Shown piece after piece: positions 24,610 through 37,789 of a stretch of DNA of 64,000 nucleotides. The notes under the pieces are model-generated. The model searched no databases. It saw only the letters and a list, made by a program, of their open reading frames with translations, and was not told the origin of the DNA. The stretch lies in NCBI GenBank assembly GCA_973895155.1, contig OZ316898.1:560751-624750 (forward strand), in the 5' to 3' direction. The stretch's first letter is position 1; the number at the start of each line of letters is the position of its first letter. The position numbers and the translations under genes are program-made. The stretch is from Marsupella aquatica (Eukaryota; Plantae; Marchantiophyta).

Positions 24610-27600
24610 TTGTTTAGGACTGCTTCCCGAATGGGTTTGCGTAGTTGGGAGTGCAATCTCGGCCTGTTGGCATGTTTCCAACCATAGGATTGCGATCCTG
24701 ATTGGATTGTCAGGAAACGCTGGGCAGGTATCGATGTAGCTATCCCATACCGGTCAGATAAGGTGGATGACCAGGATATGGTTCAATCTCGACTGCAGCT
24801 AGAAGACTACGTGGGGTACATGGCACGATGGACGACAGGGCCTACTGCTTGAATGCTTGGCTAGTACTTGCGAAACGGTGAGCTACGCAAAAGTGTATAT
24901 ATAAAATTCTTGTGTTGGATACCGCGAGATTCTAGCAGTGTATGCATGTCAGCGATTTTGTCTTGGATTCAACGAGATTTGGAAAACTGGAGTTTTGCGG
25001 TGCCGAAATGGTGGGATAGTTCTCAAATGACCGTATCAGAGCATGAGCCTGATTGCTCACATTACTGCTACTCTATACTGTCACCCATGCAAATCAAATC
25101 ACTCGGCACCTCTCGGTCCCCTGTACATTTTGTGGCAAAGGGATTTGGTAGCCGCTGCGGATGGTGAAGGATTTGCACTTTTAGCTCAGAAGAGTGATCC
25201 TAAGGTGTATAGAGGCTAACGTAGTCCGCGAGTTTGTTAGCGAGCTCACGACGATGTAGATCTAATGGTTAAATTGGGGAATATGAAAATTTTACAGGTG
25301 TACAAGAGACTCGGCCATCTCGGCTGCAGCTCAACTTCAGCAAGGGTGATCCTAGTCGTGTTCTAAGCTGTTCTGAGGACTTATTATTCATATGCAGCTG
25401 TCTTGCTTCCTGCTTTAGAAGGGTGACTGTTGTGTCTTTAGGTCACACTTTGCAGATTACTTCCGCGTGGCTGAAAATACCTTGTCTCCGGGATTCTCTT
25501 GACCATTGGAGTTACATGTACCTTCTTACGATTCTTATCTGGTTACTGGTCGAGACTAGGTGTTCCGGTAGTCTGCCTATTTGCTCGCATTACTGTCGGT
25601 GACTTGTTCAGATGTTGACTTACTCAGAAGTTAGGAAACTATTCGTGAGGTCTGCCTGTCGATTCGCACTTACTCTTTTCCTCTTGACGATTTCTCGTGA
25701 GATAGTACGGAACGGGATGAGACGGTCCTGTGACGAAGTACGTTGGAATCAATTGGTTGGTACCAACTAATTCTCGATTTGCCCGGAGATGTAACGGGAC
25801 AAGCGTTGAGAATTACAGTAGTATTGTCTTGTTTTTTGGCGCTCCCCAAGCATCGGAGTTGTGGGCCACCGCGAAGAGCGCGTTGCTATCCTTCGAAAGT
25901 ACAGTGTCCACCCTCATGCTTCATGTTTGTACGTGCTCTTGTCTGGCCAAATAGTTTGAGATCGGCTGTCTTACCTTAGAATGGGTAAACGTATGGATTC
26001 GCATAAGCCTAAGATCTGTTAGCTCGCATTTTGTCATTACCGAAGGCACTTCTAGATTTTCAGCGCATGGTGGGATGGAGTTTCTTTCTGCTCTTGGGTC
26101 TCGTGGCTTGTTGGAGTTGGCTGTGGATACACTTGGTTGAAAGATCGTGACGTGCTTTGCGAATGGTGCCGGTAGCAAGTGTCTTGAGGTGGTGATTTGA
26201 TGTCGGGTGATTAGATCGCCTCTGACGGAACCGCAGGGGTGTGTGGCTATGTGCCCATGGCAGTCACACAACTGGATTTCAATACTGGAAAGTTGCGGTA
26301 ATTGCACAGGGAGATTGTTTTGTGAGATGGTTGTCAACCACCCTATGTTTTCTCACTGTTTTGGAACTTACGTACTGAGATGCCTGCAGCCTGCCGACAA
26401 TGGGGATAGAAGAGCTGCATGGGAATCCATCCGTGTAATTCTAGTGCAGAGCCCGCTCCCTCCTTCGGAATGTCAATCTACCTATGGTACGAAGATAGGC
26501 AGTTACCACTTCGATGTAGTTGGTGTGAAAATCCCATAAGGTCGGTATCCAAATTCGACGTGGGGTTATGGATGAGCCCATACAGGACGTTAAGTCTCTG
26601 TTCAACAAGGAGTTGATTCAATGCTATCGTGAAATATCCTGGTACGCTATAGGAAGCCATGGCTCACTATACGAGGAGAGCCGTAACCAAGCTCTGCAAG
26701 GCACCAAAGAGTCACCAGATTCTGGCAAGAGTAAGCGAATCCTATGTGGAGGGTGTCATTCGTACAGTCCGTATACTTATTGTAACCTCTCGCACCAGTC
26801 TGTCGTCACAGCTGGTAGTCACTTGCTAGAGTGCGACCTAGTGGGCTAGGACTGTAGATGGCTTTGGCACCGGGCTTGTGAGAAAGCTTGTCTTCCCTCA
26901 CACCCGGGGTGCATCGTTGGTGCCGACCACTAATGAGTCGTACCCATCAGGAAATGTCCTGGTAGATACATCAATTGAGATGATAATTGTCCCAGGAAAC
27001 GGTGGACGTCTTGGTTTATGTAGTTGGGACGGGTGTCCCCATGACTTTCGGAATCGAGAGAAGCTTTGCCGGGCCCAATGATGATGCGCATCTCAGCTTG
27101 CAGAGGACCAGCGTCGCTGTCGGGACTTCTGACACACCAAGCTCACCGTTCCCAAGTGCGTGGGTTGGAGTTGGGGGGCACTGCATGATGTGCCGAAAGA
27201 TTGATTTTGGAGAGGGACTCTTTCGACAATCAGACGAAGAACAATCTTTAGAATGTGTAAAACCATGGGACTGATTGTCAGAGAACCCACCTCTAGACAA
27301 TCTTAACTTGTAAAGGCTTTCCTAATATTGATGAACTTCTGAGAACGCCGGGAAGAGGAGCGTGGAAAATTAAGTCTGAACTCTTCGTTCTGGTGACTCG
27401 GGTGATACTCCGAACAGGGGGTGGTGCTTCAGGGCTGATGAGGTAAGGGGTAATTCTGCGATTTCGTTCGTACACCCATTCTTTAACCTAGTGAGCAAGG
27501 AAATCCAACTCCAAAATCCTTGTGCTTCTACGAATGGTCCAGTGTGGAATTTTATCGTCCTACCACCTTCGAGTTCTGGACTCGTAGTATATATATCCCC

Positions 27601-28462
27601 CCACCCTATAGAACGTAATAGTTAATGAGAATCTTTGCAGCGCTCGGCGCTTCGGCGGGTTCTTAAAAAAATACTCGCCGGATTTCAAGAGAAAAAAGGG
27701 CTTACACTGATTACAACTTGTAAGAGCTGTAGACAATAGAATTGCGGAAGAACGGCAGGCTCACGGCGAGAGAAAGTGACCGCATGTCTTCATAGAATGA
27801 CCACCTGTGGAGAACCCATCCTCCAATGTTCCTTCTGCACCTATAAAACACTTTTCAGAAGGCACCGGAGTAAAGAATGGATAAAGCTGCCTAAGCGAAA
27901 CGCTCTACACGCTTCTTCTTCTCTCTCCTTTTTGCTCGTTCGCAGAACCTTATTGCACAGGTTGATCTGACAGGCTGAAAACTCCGGCAGACAATGCCCA
28001 CTCTCCTCGTCCTTCGGGTTCGGCGAACTGTGAGACACTGTGGGCCCGCAGCAGTCGAGCATGCCAAGGAGGGAGTTGGGCATGAAGACTGTCCGGCGTC
28101 CTGCTGAGCACAAAGTGGGGCAGGCAGGAGATGTCCGGCGGGCAGGGTTGGGTCTGGCAGTCACGCAGCAGCAGGACGTATGGAGAGCAGGCACGCGAGA
28201 ATCAGGGCAGCCAGGTTAGAGTAGAAAAGAGGGGGCAATTGGCCATTTCAGCAGCCAGCGCATCAGCCTGTCGAGCCCAGCAACACGCTTTCTACACGCA
28301 ACATCTCGGGTCCATCATGTCCAATTTATTAGACTATAAAATTTCCGGATCAATCATGGCCGATGTAAAGTACAGTACAATCGTGCCGGGCAAGTAATTT
28401 TTAAGTGAAACTACAAATTTCCTGGGAAGATCCGCCCCCCCCACAACTTCTCGGAATCTACA

Positions 28463-28582
28463 ACATACATTGCTAATAAGCATAGCCCCATTTTAAAAAA
28501 GAGTATTTTGGCAACTCTTTGGCAACATATATTGCTAAGCATAGCCCCATTTCAAACAATGTATTCTGGCAACTCTTTGGCA
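28463..28582. repeat. About 60-bp tandem duplication
   Basis: ACATA(C/T)ATTGCTAA..GCATAGCCCCATTT...GTATT(T/C)TGGCAACTCTTTGGCA occurs twice. Confidence 0.85.
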
Positions 28583-29271
28583 TTAAACCACTCTTTTTGT
28601 CCTGGGGTAGGGTCTTTAGACTTATAGCCCACAGTATGGAAGTGGAAAACAGGAAGAAGCTGACTATTAATTCAGTCTAACAATTCCTCTTAAAATTGTT
28701 GAATGAATCCATTCCATACACTGTTAACTGGGGAAATATAGCTTGCGGTTTAGAGGTCCTATTTTCATCATGTCGAATATATCTATGAATTTTTTGTTTG
28801 GGGCCCTAATTGATACACTGACCCTAGGCTCTAGTTTCTTTTGGAATTAGGAAAGCAATTTGTTACAAACCACCAGGTGAACAGGAGGGGAAAAAGTTCA
28901 TTGGGTGATCGGTGCAGTTAATGAAGTTAGGACCCTTTGAAAGTGAGATGATAATTTTACACCCTTCCAATGAATGGCACCAGCTGCACGCATTCTTGGT
29001 CAGCTATGCCACCTGTGTATGTGGGTTTGCCCCTCCATGTCACTCTCCATTACTGCAGCTACTTTCTAGTTATTTGACTGAAGAGTTCTATAATCACGGC
29101 CTTGATTCTCAAAAAACAATTCTAGCTAAAATTTCATCTTGATGATGACATCGCTCTTACTTTTTGCATTATTTGACCCAAGAGTTTTATAATCTCAGTT
29201 GTTGTCTAGCTAAAGATTCATCTCCATGATGACATTGCTATAATGGCCAAGCCACATTACCTGCTCTGGAT

Positions 29272-29608
29272 TGTTAGATATTGCTCTAGTCTTGTGACTC
29301 TTGTGCTAACCACAGTTAGGCTAACTCGGGTTAGGACCTAGCTAAGGTTAGCGGTAGTGCTGTTGTGCATATAGCCAGGGCTGATGTCAGACCCTTGTGG
29401 AACAAAGGCTCATTGTTACGGAGCTAGTTGAGAGATAGGGAGAGCTTGTGCTGTGGATGCTTGGTATGGCCCTAGAGTGCAGTAAAGCTCTTGTGTGTTC
29501 CCGTGGACGTAGCCTCATGTGGAGGTGAACCATGTATCTCTCTGTGTCGACTATTGTGCATTGGATGATTCATGGGCTTGCCGTTGCGAATGTCGTCTAT
29601 GCTCAACA
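29272..29608 (+). repeat. 5' LTR (337 bp)
   Basis: TGTTAGATA...GCTCAACA; by eye it differs from the 3' LTR by 7 substitutions and one 7-bp indel. Confidence 0.97.
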
Positions 29609-29610
29609 AG

Positions 29611-29622
29611 TGGTATCAGAGC
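29611..29622 (+). promoter_or_regulatory. Primer binding site (initiator tRNA-Met)
   Basis: TGGTATCAGAGC, 2 nt after the 5' LTR; the canonical plant copia PBS. Confidence 0.95.
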
Positions 29623-31369
29623 ATGCCTGGGAGGTGACGAGGTTTTTTCGTGACAGGTTTTTTCCAGCGTTCATTGTCGATGGTACATTCGGAGTTTCGT
29701 CGCATGAAACTCCAATGTGTGTGGCTGTGCGGATAGGTTAGTGAGAGGGCTTTCTAACGGTGGTTAGAACTCGCTGATCGGTATCCATGGTGCGGAGGAA
29801 TCAAAGTTTGCGTCGTTCAGGTTTTATTCGTGTTCGACGGTTTTTCGGGGGAGAGATCAGAGTTTGTGTTTTCAATGGTGTGAGCTGTGCGGTGCGGGAG
29901 GTGTTGCATGTTGTAGCTCAAGTTGAAGGTTGAAGCGAGCTGGTCGTTTTGGTAGCTGATTTGCTGTCGAGTTGTTACCGAGTGAGACGTGACGAGTGAA
30001 GGAGGCGTTCAGGTTTTTTCACAAGCTATGGAGCTTGTTCTCATCTGAACCGGGTTTCTCTTCGTGACGTCCGACTCGGTGGAAGAATCGCGAAGTGCTA
30101 CGGCTCAACGGTTTGATCGCGGCGAAGCGGTCGTTTTGAGTCCGGGATTGGCACTTGACGCGGAGTGAGTGTGACGCAGTGGAAATTTTTTTCTCTGCTG
30201 GAGCTGCAGACTGTGCTGGTGCAATTCGGCAACATTTCCTGTCGGCGACGTTCACTTTACTCGTGAGAAGCAGCGGCGTTCAAGGTGTGTAAACGGCTTT
30301 TTTGTTTTAAAGTCAAATCTTGGCTTAGGTTAGGGCCACTTTTGGTGTGTATACACACCCTCCCGGCCCTTGGTCCCCCATCGTTTCCCCTTGTACGCCC
30401 GACCCCCCCCCGCACCTTGTTTTCCCCTCATCCTTCAGCCGCGGCGACGAGCTGCGCAACACCGGCCGGCGCTTTTCGCGCGCTCGTACGCCCTCCGCCA
30501 TACTGTGTCGGTCGCTACCGCGGCACCGCCCTGTCATCGTATGCCCAGCCCTTTGCGGCTCTACGCCTCTTGTACGCGGCTGTACCCTTGTCCCGCCCCG
30601 ACGCCGGCCATATGCCCTTCGTACCCCCGGCCCTTTACGGGGTATTTTAGGCTTTAAGGGGCTTAAGCACCCCCTTTAGTGCCCATTTTTAGCCTTTTTT
30701 CCCTCTCATTAGTTTGTCCCATGTGCCGGGACCTGCCGCCCTCCGTTCTAATCGCTTGGACAGGGGGAACGGCCCCCTGTGAGACCTGCTGTACTGTGCG
30801 GGAATATTCCCAAAAAACAGAGAGCTGTTTTTCGGACGTCCGACAAAGATTCCGTCCGCCGAACGATAACTTTTTTGGTTCTTTTTCGGTGAGGATGTTG
30901 CCACTGGAGTTAGCAATGCGGCGCACCGATCACATCGCGATTCCGACGACGGGTTGTACTGGGTATTTCGGTTATTCTCCGAGGTGGTCAAAACGGGGGA
31001 GTTTCCCAAGGTTTTACCCACCCCGACCGAAATTTGAATAAATTTTCCGTCGAATTTTGATTTTGATTTTGGCTTTCAGTATTGGAGTCCTAGCTTCGTG
31101 GGCTACGCGGCGGTGTTGAGTTTTGAGTTTTATGAGAAGTTTCAAAAAAAGATGTCCTTTCGTGACTGTTTCATATGAGTGACTCGGAGGATATTGGAAG
31201 AATTGGCGTCGGTGGAGCTTCAGGATCGCGACGGTCAGACGGTGAGTCTGAGGAGGAGTTGCTACCGTTTAAGGAAGAACTAGTGACACCGGTATGATCA
31301 CCGGTGCGGCGTGCAGTGGAGGAAGCTGTGTTACTACCAGAGCTGTCGGTAGTAGGGAAGAAGAGGGAG

Positions 31370-34300
31370 ATGGCTAGATTTGGAGGAGTAAAGTTTGAGG
31401 TGGAGAAGTACGATGGTCGTACTGATTACTTGCTCTGGGAGAAGCAAGTGAAGGGTGTTCTACGGGCCATGGGCTTAGCTCATCTGCTTTCATCGCGAGA
31501 GCAGTATGATGGAGAGGAGGAGATTTCAGTGAGGCAATGGAGACAGGAGCAGGTGATTGCTGTCAATGCAGTGATGCTATATCTCAAGCCGCACATCATC
31601 AAGCAGCTGGATGATTATGCGGATTGCGCGTCACTGTTCAAGGCTCTTAGAGAGAAGTACTACCGGGAAGATGCGTCAGACCGGCTGTACAAGAAGTCTC
31701 TCTTGATGAGCCTCAGGCTCAAGGAAGGGAGCAAGATGCAGGATCACCTGGATGAATTTGACAGTCTAGCGGTGGATCTGTCAAACCTGGGAAAAGGAGT
31801 TGAAGATGAGGATATGGCCTTGCTTCTGCTAAGCTCCTTACCGCCGTCTTATCAGGACTTGAAACAGGTGCTCTTGTACAGAGATTTGAAGTCCATTTCG
31901 TATAATGAGGTGATGAGCTCATTACTGTCTGATGATGCTCAGAAGAAGCTGGGTCAATCACAGACAACATCTTCTTCTGGCACTGCGCTGAATGTGAACA
32001 GGGGAAGAGCAGCGCAGCGCACGAATGGGCAAAACAGGTTTAGATCTACATCACGAGGGAAATCTAAATCCAGAGGGAAATCGCAAGAGAGGAAGCCTCT
32101 TGCATGTTGGAATTGTGGCAAGCCTGGCCACATGAAAAGGGATTGTCAAGTAAAGGTCCCTACTGCCTCTGCTAATACGGCATCGAGCTTGCATGAGGTA
32201 TATTTACTCAATGATGATGACATATTGTGATGTCAAAGTTATGCTCTCAACGTAGTGTCAAATGGTAAAGATGATTGGATTCTAGATAGTGCATGTACTT
32301 TTCACATTTGCTCTAGAAGAGATTGTTTCAGTTCTTACACGGTTTCCAACGGGTCAGTGTTGATGGGAAATGGAATCCCATGTCAAGTTGTTGGACTTGG
32401 ATCTGTAAGATTTCAGATGTTTGATGGTGTTGTGAGAACGTTGAGGAAAGTGAGACATATTCCCAGCATGATGAAAAATCTCATTTCACTTGGAGTTTTA
32501 GAAGCAAATGGCCATCAGTGGAGCTCTGCTAATGGTGTCCTTCAGGTTTCAACTGGTACTAAAGTTGTATTGAAGGGAAAGAGACATTGCAATCTATACG
32601 TTTTGGAGGGCAGTGTAGTCTGTGATGAAGCCAATGTAACCTTATCTCATGAGGAGACGGCCCGGCTGTGGCACTTCCGTTTGGGCCACATGAGTGAAAA
32701 AGGTTTGGTTATTCTTCAGAAGAAAGGATTACTTTCTAATTTGCAATCTTGTAAGTTGGAATTTTGTGAGCACTGTGTGCTAGGGATTCAGCACAGGAAA
32801 CCCTTCGGAGTTGGAACTCACACCAGCAAGGAGGTACTTGAGTATGTACATAGTGATGTGTGGGGTCCAGCCCCTACTCCCTCACATTCTGGACGGTTAT
32901 ACTATATGTCACGTTCATAGACGATTACTCAAGGTATGTGTGGATATACTTTCTACACAATAAATCTGATGTTTTTGCCACTTTTAAGGAGTGGAAAGCC
33001 CAAGTTGAGAATCAGACTGGTAATAAGGTGAGATATCTTCGATCGGATAACGGTGGTGAATACAGTTCCGGTGAATTTGGAACGTATTGTAAGGAGCAGG
33101 GGATCACCCGCCATCTCACAACAAGTTATACTCCTCAGCAGAATGGTGTTTCTGAGAGACTCAACCGAACACTATTGGACCACTCGAGGAGTATGTTGAG
33201 TCAATCATGCTTACCACATGAGTTTTGGGCTGAAGCTGTCAACACTGCAGCTTATTTGGTAAATTTTTCTCCATCCAGTTCTATTGGATTCAAGACGTCA
33301 TTTGAAATGAGGTACGGGCGTCTAGCAGATTACTCACATCTGAGGATTTTTGGATGTGATGCTTATGTGCTTACACCTTCCCAGCTTCGATCCAAGCTGG
33401 AGTCCAAGTCGAAGAAGTGCATTTTCCTTGGCTATCATAAAGGTGTGAAGGGTTATAGGTTATGGGATCCAGTAACCTATAAACTAATTGTCAGTAACGA
33501 TGTGTCCTTTAATGAATCCAGATCATCAAAGGAGGGGGAGAGTTCTCAGGACTCCCATATTGACAAGGGGAAATCTCCCATCCCGGACCGGGTTGAGGGG
33601 GAGATTAGTCATGATGCAGTTCATGACAGGAGAGATGGAGAAGCTCCGGGCTTGGAGCTGGTTCCTGTGATGGAACAAGAGGAGCAGATTGTTGCTAGGG
33701 TACCTCAAATTCAACCAGCAGCAGCAACAGATCAACCTGAGTCATCTACTAGAAGAACTTCCAATCGTTCTACTAGAGCTCCTACCAGGTATGGTCAATG
33801 GGCAGACTCATCTAAGCTAGATGATATTGACATTGCACCTGATGAAGATGACATGGCTTTGATCTTGGAAGAAGGAGAGCCTTCTTCGTATAGTGAGGCT
33901 TGTGCTTCAAAGCAGAAGCATGAGTGGAATGCTGCAATGCAGAGGGAGTTGCAATCTTTGAGTGACAACAAGACATGGGAGCTGGTGGAGCTTCCAAGAG
34001 GTCAACAAGTGGTGGACAGCAAGTGGATTTACAAGTTGAAGGATAGTCCTTCAGAGGGTGGAGACAAGATCTACAAGGCAAGGCTTGTTGCCAAGGGGTT
34101 CACTCAGGAGAAATGAGTGGACTACAATGAGGTCTTTTCACCGGTGGCTAAGTATTCCACAATTCGGATCTTGTGTCAGCTTGTATTTTTTGGTCTGGTG
34201 ATGGATCAGATGGATGTTGTTACAGATTTTCTCTATGGCAACTTGGAAGAGATGATCTTCATGAGACAACCACTAGGCTTTATGAAGAAGGGCCAAGAGA

Positions 34301-35444
34301 ACTTAGTTCGCAGATTGCTCAAGTCCTTGTATGGATTGAAGCAGTCTCCCAGACAGTGGAACAAGCGGTTTGATGATTTCATGCTTGCTCAAGGTTTTAC
34401 AAGGATGGTGTATGATCCTTGTGTGTATACAAAATCAGTCAAGAATGATGTATTCGGTTTCATCATTCTGGTGATCTATGTGGATGACATGCTGATTGTG
34501 GCTAAAGATCAATCTGAGGTTGACAGTCTCAAGGCGAAATTGAGTGTTGAATTCAGGATGAAGGATCTTGGTAAGGCCAAGAGGATCTTAGGGATGGAGA
34601 TTTTTAGGAACTCTGAGACTGGACAGTTGTGCTTGAGTCAAGGCCAGTATGCGAGGAAAGTACTTGCACGATTCAACATGGAGAACTGTAAGCCAGTGAG
34701 TATTCCTTTAGCTTCACATTTCAAGTTATCATCGGCTTTCTCTCCTACGGATGCTGTGGAGAAAGGTCTGATGGCTAAGATTCCTTATGAGAAGGCAATA
34801 GGCAGTCTGATGTATTTGATGACTTGTACTAGGCCTGACTTGGCCCTAGCGATGGGCAAGGTTAGCAGATTCATGTCAAATCCAGGGAAGGTACACTGGG
34901 AAGCTGTGAAATGGATTCTCAGGTATGTGAAGGGAACACAGGACTATGGATTACTATTTGATAACAGATCAGATAGAACGTTGGTTGGCTATGTAGATTC
35001 TGACTATGGAGGCTGTCTGGATACAAGGAGGTCTACAACTGGGTTTGTTTACACTCTTGGAGGAGGATGTATCAGTTGGAAATCTACCTTGCAGAAGTGC
35101 ATATCTCAGTTACTACAGAAGCAGAGTATGTTGCAGCAGCAGAAGCAACAAATGAAGCAATTTGGTTGGATAAGTTGATCGCGGAGATGGGTTTAGAGCA
35201 TGGAAAAATGACTCTAAACTGTGATAGTCAGAGTGCTCTTCACTTGGCTGCTAACCAGGTGATGGATAGCATGGTGAAGCACATTGATATCAGGTACCAT
35301 TTTATCAGGCAAGCAGTGTTTGATAAAACTTTTGAGCTAGTCAAGATTGATGGAAAGCTCAATCCCGCTGATGCCTTTACCAAAGTGATTCCTTTGGAGA
35401 GTTTCTCAAGACACCGTGCTACTTTGCAGGTTTTGCAGTTGTAG
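31370..35444 (+). pseudogene. Copia gag-pol polyprotein with lesions
   Basis: Gag MARFGGVKFEVEKYDG..; zinc knuckle CWNCGKPGHMKRDC; protease WILDSACTFH; GAG-pre-integrase LWHFRLGHMSEKG; integrase VHSDVWGP/FIDDYSR/LRSDNGGEY/PQQNGVSER; RT YKARLVAKG/LYGLKQSPRQW/YVDDML; RNase H STTEAEY-like/KHIDIRYHFIR. In-frame TGA at 32228 and 34114; frameshifts near 32905 and 35110. Confidence 0.95.
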
Positions 35445-35640
35445 TGCAAGTAGAGTTATTTAGCAATGTGTGACTATTTGTTTATGGATTACTCATTCCT
35501 GTTAGGCTACGGCTTAGTTCTAGTTAACCCTTAGTTAACCCTTGTGGTTTTTAGGGGGAGACCTGGTTTGGTGATTGTCTAGAACTTCTTGCTTAGGATT
35601 CCATATGGTAGCATTTAGTCCAGTCCCCAAGACAAGAGTC

Positions 35641-35651
35641 AAGGGGGAGTT
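35641..35651 (+). other. Polypurine tract
   Basis: AAGGGGGAGTT immediately before the 3' LTR. Confidence 0.9.
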
Positions 35652-35995
35652 TGTTAGATATTGCTCTAGTCTTGTGACTCTTGTGCTAACCACAGTTAGG
35701 TTAACTCGGGTTAGGACCTAGCTAAGGTTAGTGGTAGTGCTGTTGTGCATATAGCCAGGGCTGATGCCAGACCCTGGTGGAACAAAGGCTCATTGTTACG
35801 GAGCTAGTTGAGAGATAGGGAGAGCTTGTGCTGTGGATGCTTGGTATGGCCGGTCGGCCTAGAGTGTAGTAAAGCTCTTGTGTGTTCCCGTGGACGTAGC
35901 CTCATGTGGAGGTGAACCACGTATCTCTCTGTGTCGACTATTGTGCGTTGGATGATTCATGGGCTTGCCGTTGCGAATGTCGTCTATGCTCAACA
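35652..35995 (+). repeat. 3' LTR (344 bp)
   Basis: Near-identical to 29272-29608; followed by TSD TGGAT. Confidence 0.97.
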
Positions 35996-37789
35996 TGGAT
36001 GAGCATCTTTCAGTTTCTTTAATTGTGTTTTGAGTTATTCTATAGGAAGTATGTCGATCATGGGAATATGTATGCTGAACTTCATTATCATTTTATAATC
36101 TATGAGCCCATTGCCCATGGGTTGCACAATTGTCATTCATTGTTGCTGTAATTTAATCTTTGCAAAGAATTTATTGTTGTGACCATTTTATGCCTGCAGC
36201 CCTTGTGTCATTGATCAATGACGTTGTCGCAAAAAAAGAGTTTAGTATTTAGGGTCAATGCCATTTGAGAAAATTCCTTATAGTGAAAGAATAGAACAGT
36301 AAGAATTTTGTTCTCCTCACAATAGATTTTAAAATATTTTTCATTTCTTTTATAATTTCTTTCAACTCAAAACTGTAATGTGTGCATGTTCTCTCTTTCT
36401 ATCATTTTCTTTTAAGTGAATAGGGCATCATTCATGTGTCCAAACGTTTTTAAATGTAATGTGGGCCTACCTAGATTTGCATTTTACACCCACCTACCCA
36501 TAATAGCCACATCTCAACTCAGTCAACTTCAAATGACCTTGAGATTGGAATCTTTTTATGGATGTGCATAGGTCTAGGTGTGGGTTGAGGCGCATCTACG
36601 CCCCCAGCTAGAATTTGCTCTTTATTATGCTTTTGGCCAGATGGCTAAGAAGATTTAAGGTTTAAATCCAATGGTCATAATGAATTTCCTCCAAAAGTGC
36701 ATTTCATTGGCAGATAATAAGGAAAAAAAGGTAGGATTGTATACTATAGTATTTTGAATTTTTTATTGTGGTTTCAACTTATCCCCTCAAATGTTTTTCA
36801 AAATGTTTTTCTTTCAAATCCATCTTATTGTTAGTTTGAACACAAATGGACACAAGAAGAGCCTGGAAATTCCCCTCAATTAAAGGTACAATGACAACTT
36901 ACGGTTGAGAGTTTTGAGCTCTCCACAACCAGTGAATATGCACACCTTATGCACACCTTTGTGATACTGAATGATTTATGATCAACTCATAACACTAAGA
37001 TACTGTTAACCACATAATATTCCTCAACTGTTTGACATTATGATTTGATCTTAATCGTTAATTGTTTTAACTTCAATTACAACTTTAACTGCTAGTGCGC
37101 AGGAGGGTGCTTCAGGCCATTTCTCATCTGCGGATTCATGGCTGGACGGGTCCCACCGGACTCCCACTATCTCTTTTGACCATGCACTTTTGTCATTACA
37201 GCGTACTCAAGCTAGGGACATCTATTGTTAATCTCTCACAGTGGGTGCTAGTGTGCCTCTGCAGGGTTTGCTAGTGTGCCTCTAGGACATTCCCATGCCA
37301 CTTGCCAATTTACTTTCGAAACTTGGTATGGTTAGCTTTTGCCACATTTGCTAGGTTTGATGAGGCATTAGTTTTGTTTCCTATTTCTTGGTTTTAGGAG
37401 TTTCCCTTTGTTCACTTCTTTTGAGTTTAGTTTTTGTCCGCTTTGGACTTCGGGTTGTTTGTTCTTTTGTACTCTGTTTGGCCCTTTTCTTTTTGTAAAT
37501 GGTTTGTATACTTTCTCTAAGGATATAACTTGCAATTGAAATATTAGCTTTATAAAAAAGAAATTGCACAAACTCCAAGAAAACTCCATAAATAAAAATT
37601 ATTGAATAACTTACTGTTGGATGACTTAGACATATATGTCAACTGAATTCGATTCTAGCATTGAGCTTTATTGGCACACTTTAGCCAAACATTGCAAAAT
37701 CTTGCCCTCCTAGGTCAAGATTACTCGAGACCAAAGACGGCTTTCTTTGGCTTAGGGTAGAGCTAAATTAGGTAGGAGAGCACTTATTG

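Larger units (their letters stand above)
29272..35995 (+). mobile_element. Full-length Ty1/copia LTR retrotransposon (6.7 kb), recently inserted, coding region disrupted
   Basis: LTRs 29272-29608 and 35652-35995 (TG...CA); TSD TGGAT on both sides; PBS TGGTATCAGAGC; PPT AAGGGGGAG; domain order gag-PR-INT-RT-RH. Confidence 0.98.

Noticed and set aside
30285-31041. Several overlapping 90-120 aa ORFs in the copia leader
   Set aside because: Expected in GC-rich, stop-poor DNA; no protein motifs.
36585-36612. Helitron-like 3' end (small hairpin then CTAG)
   Set aside because: Stem is very short, the next base is not T, and no 5' TC end is identifiable.
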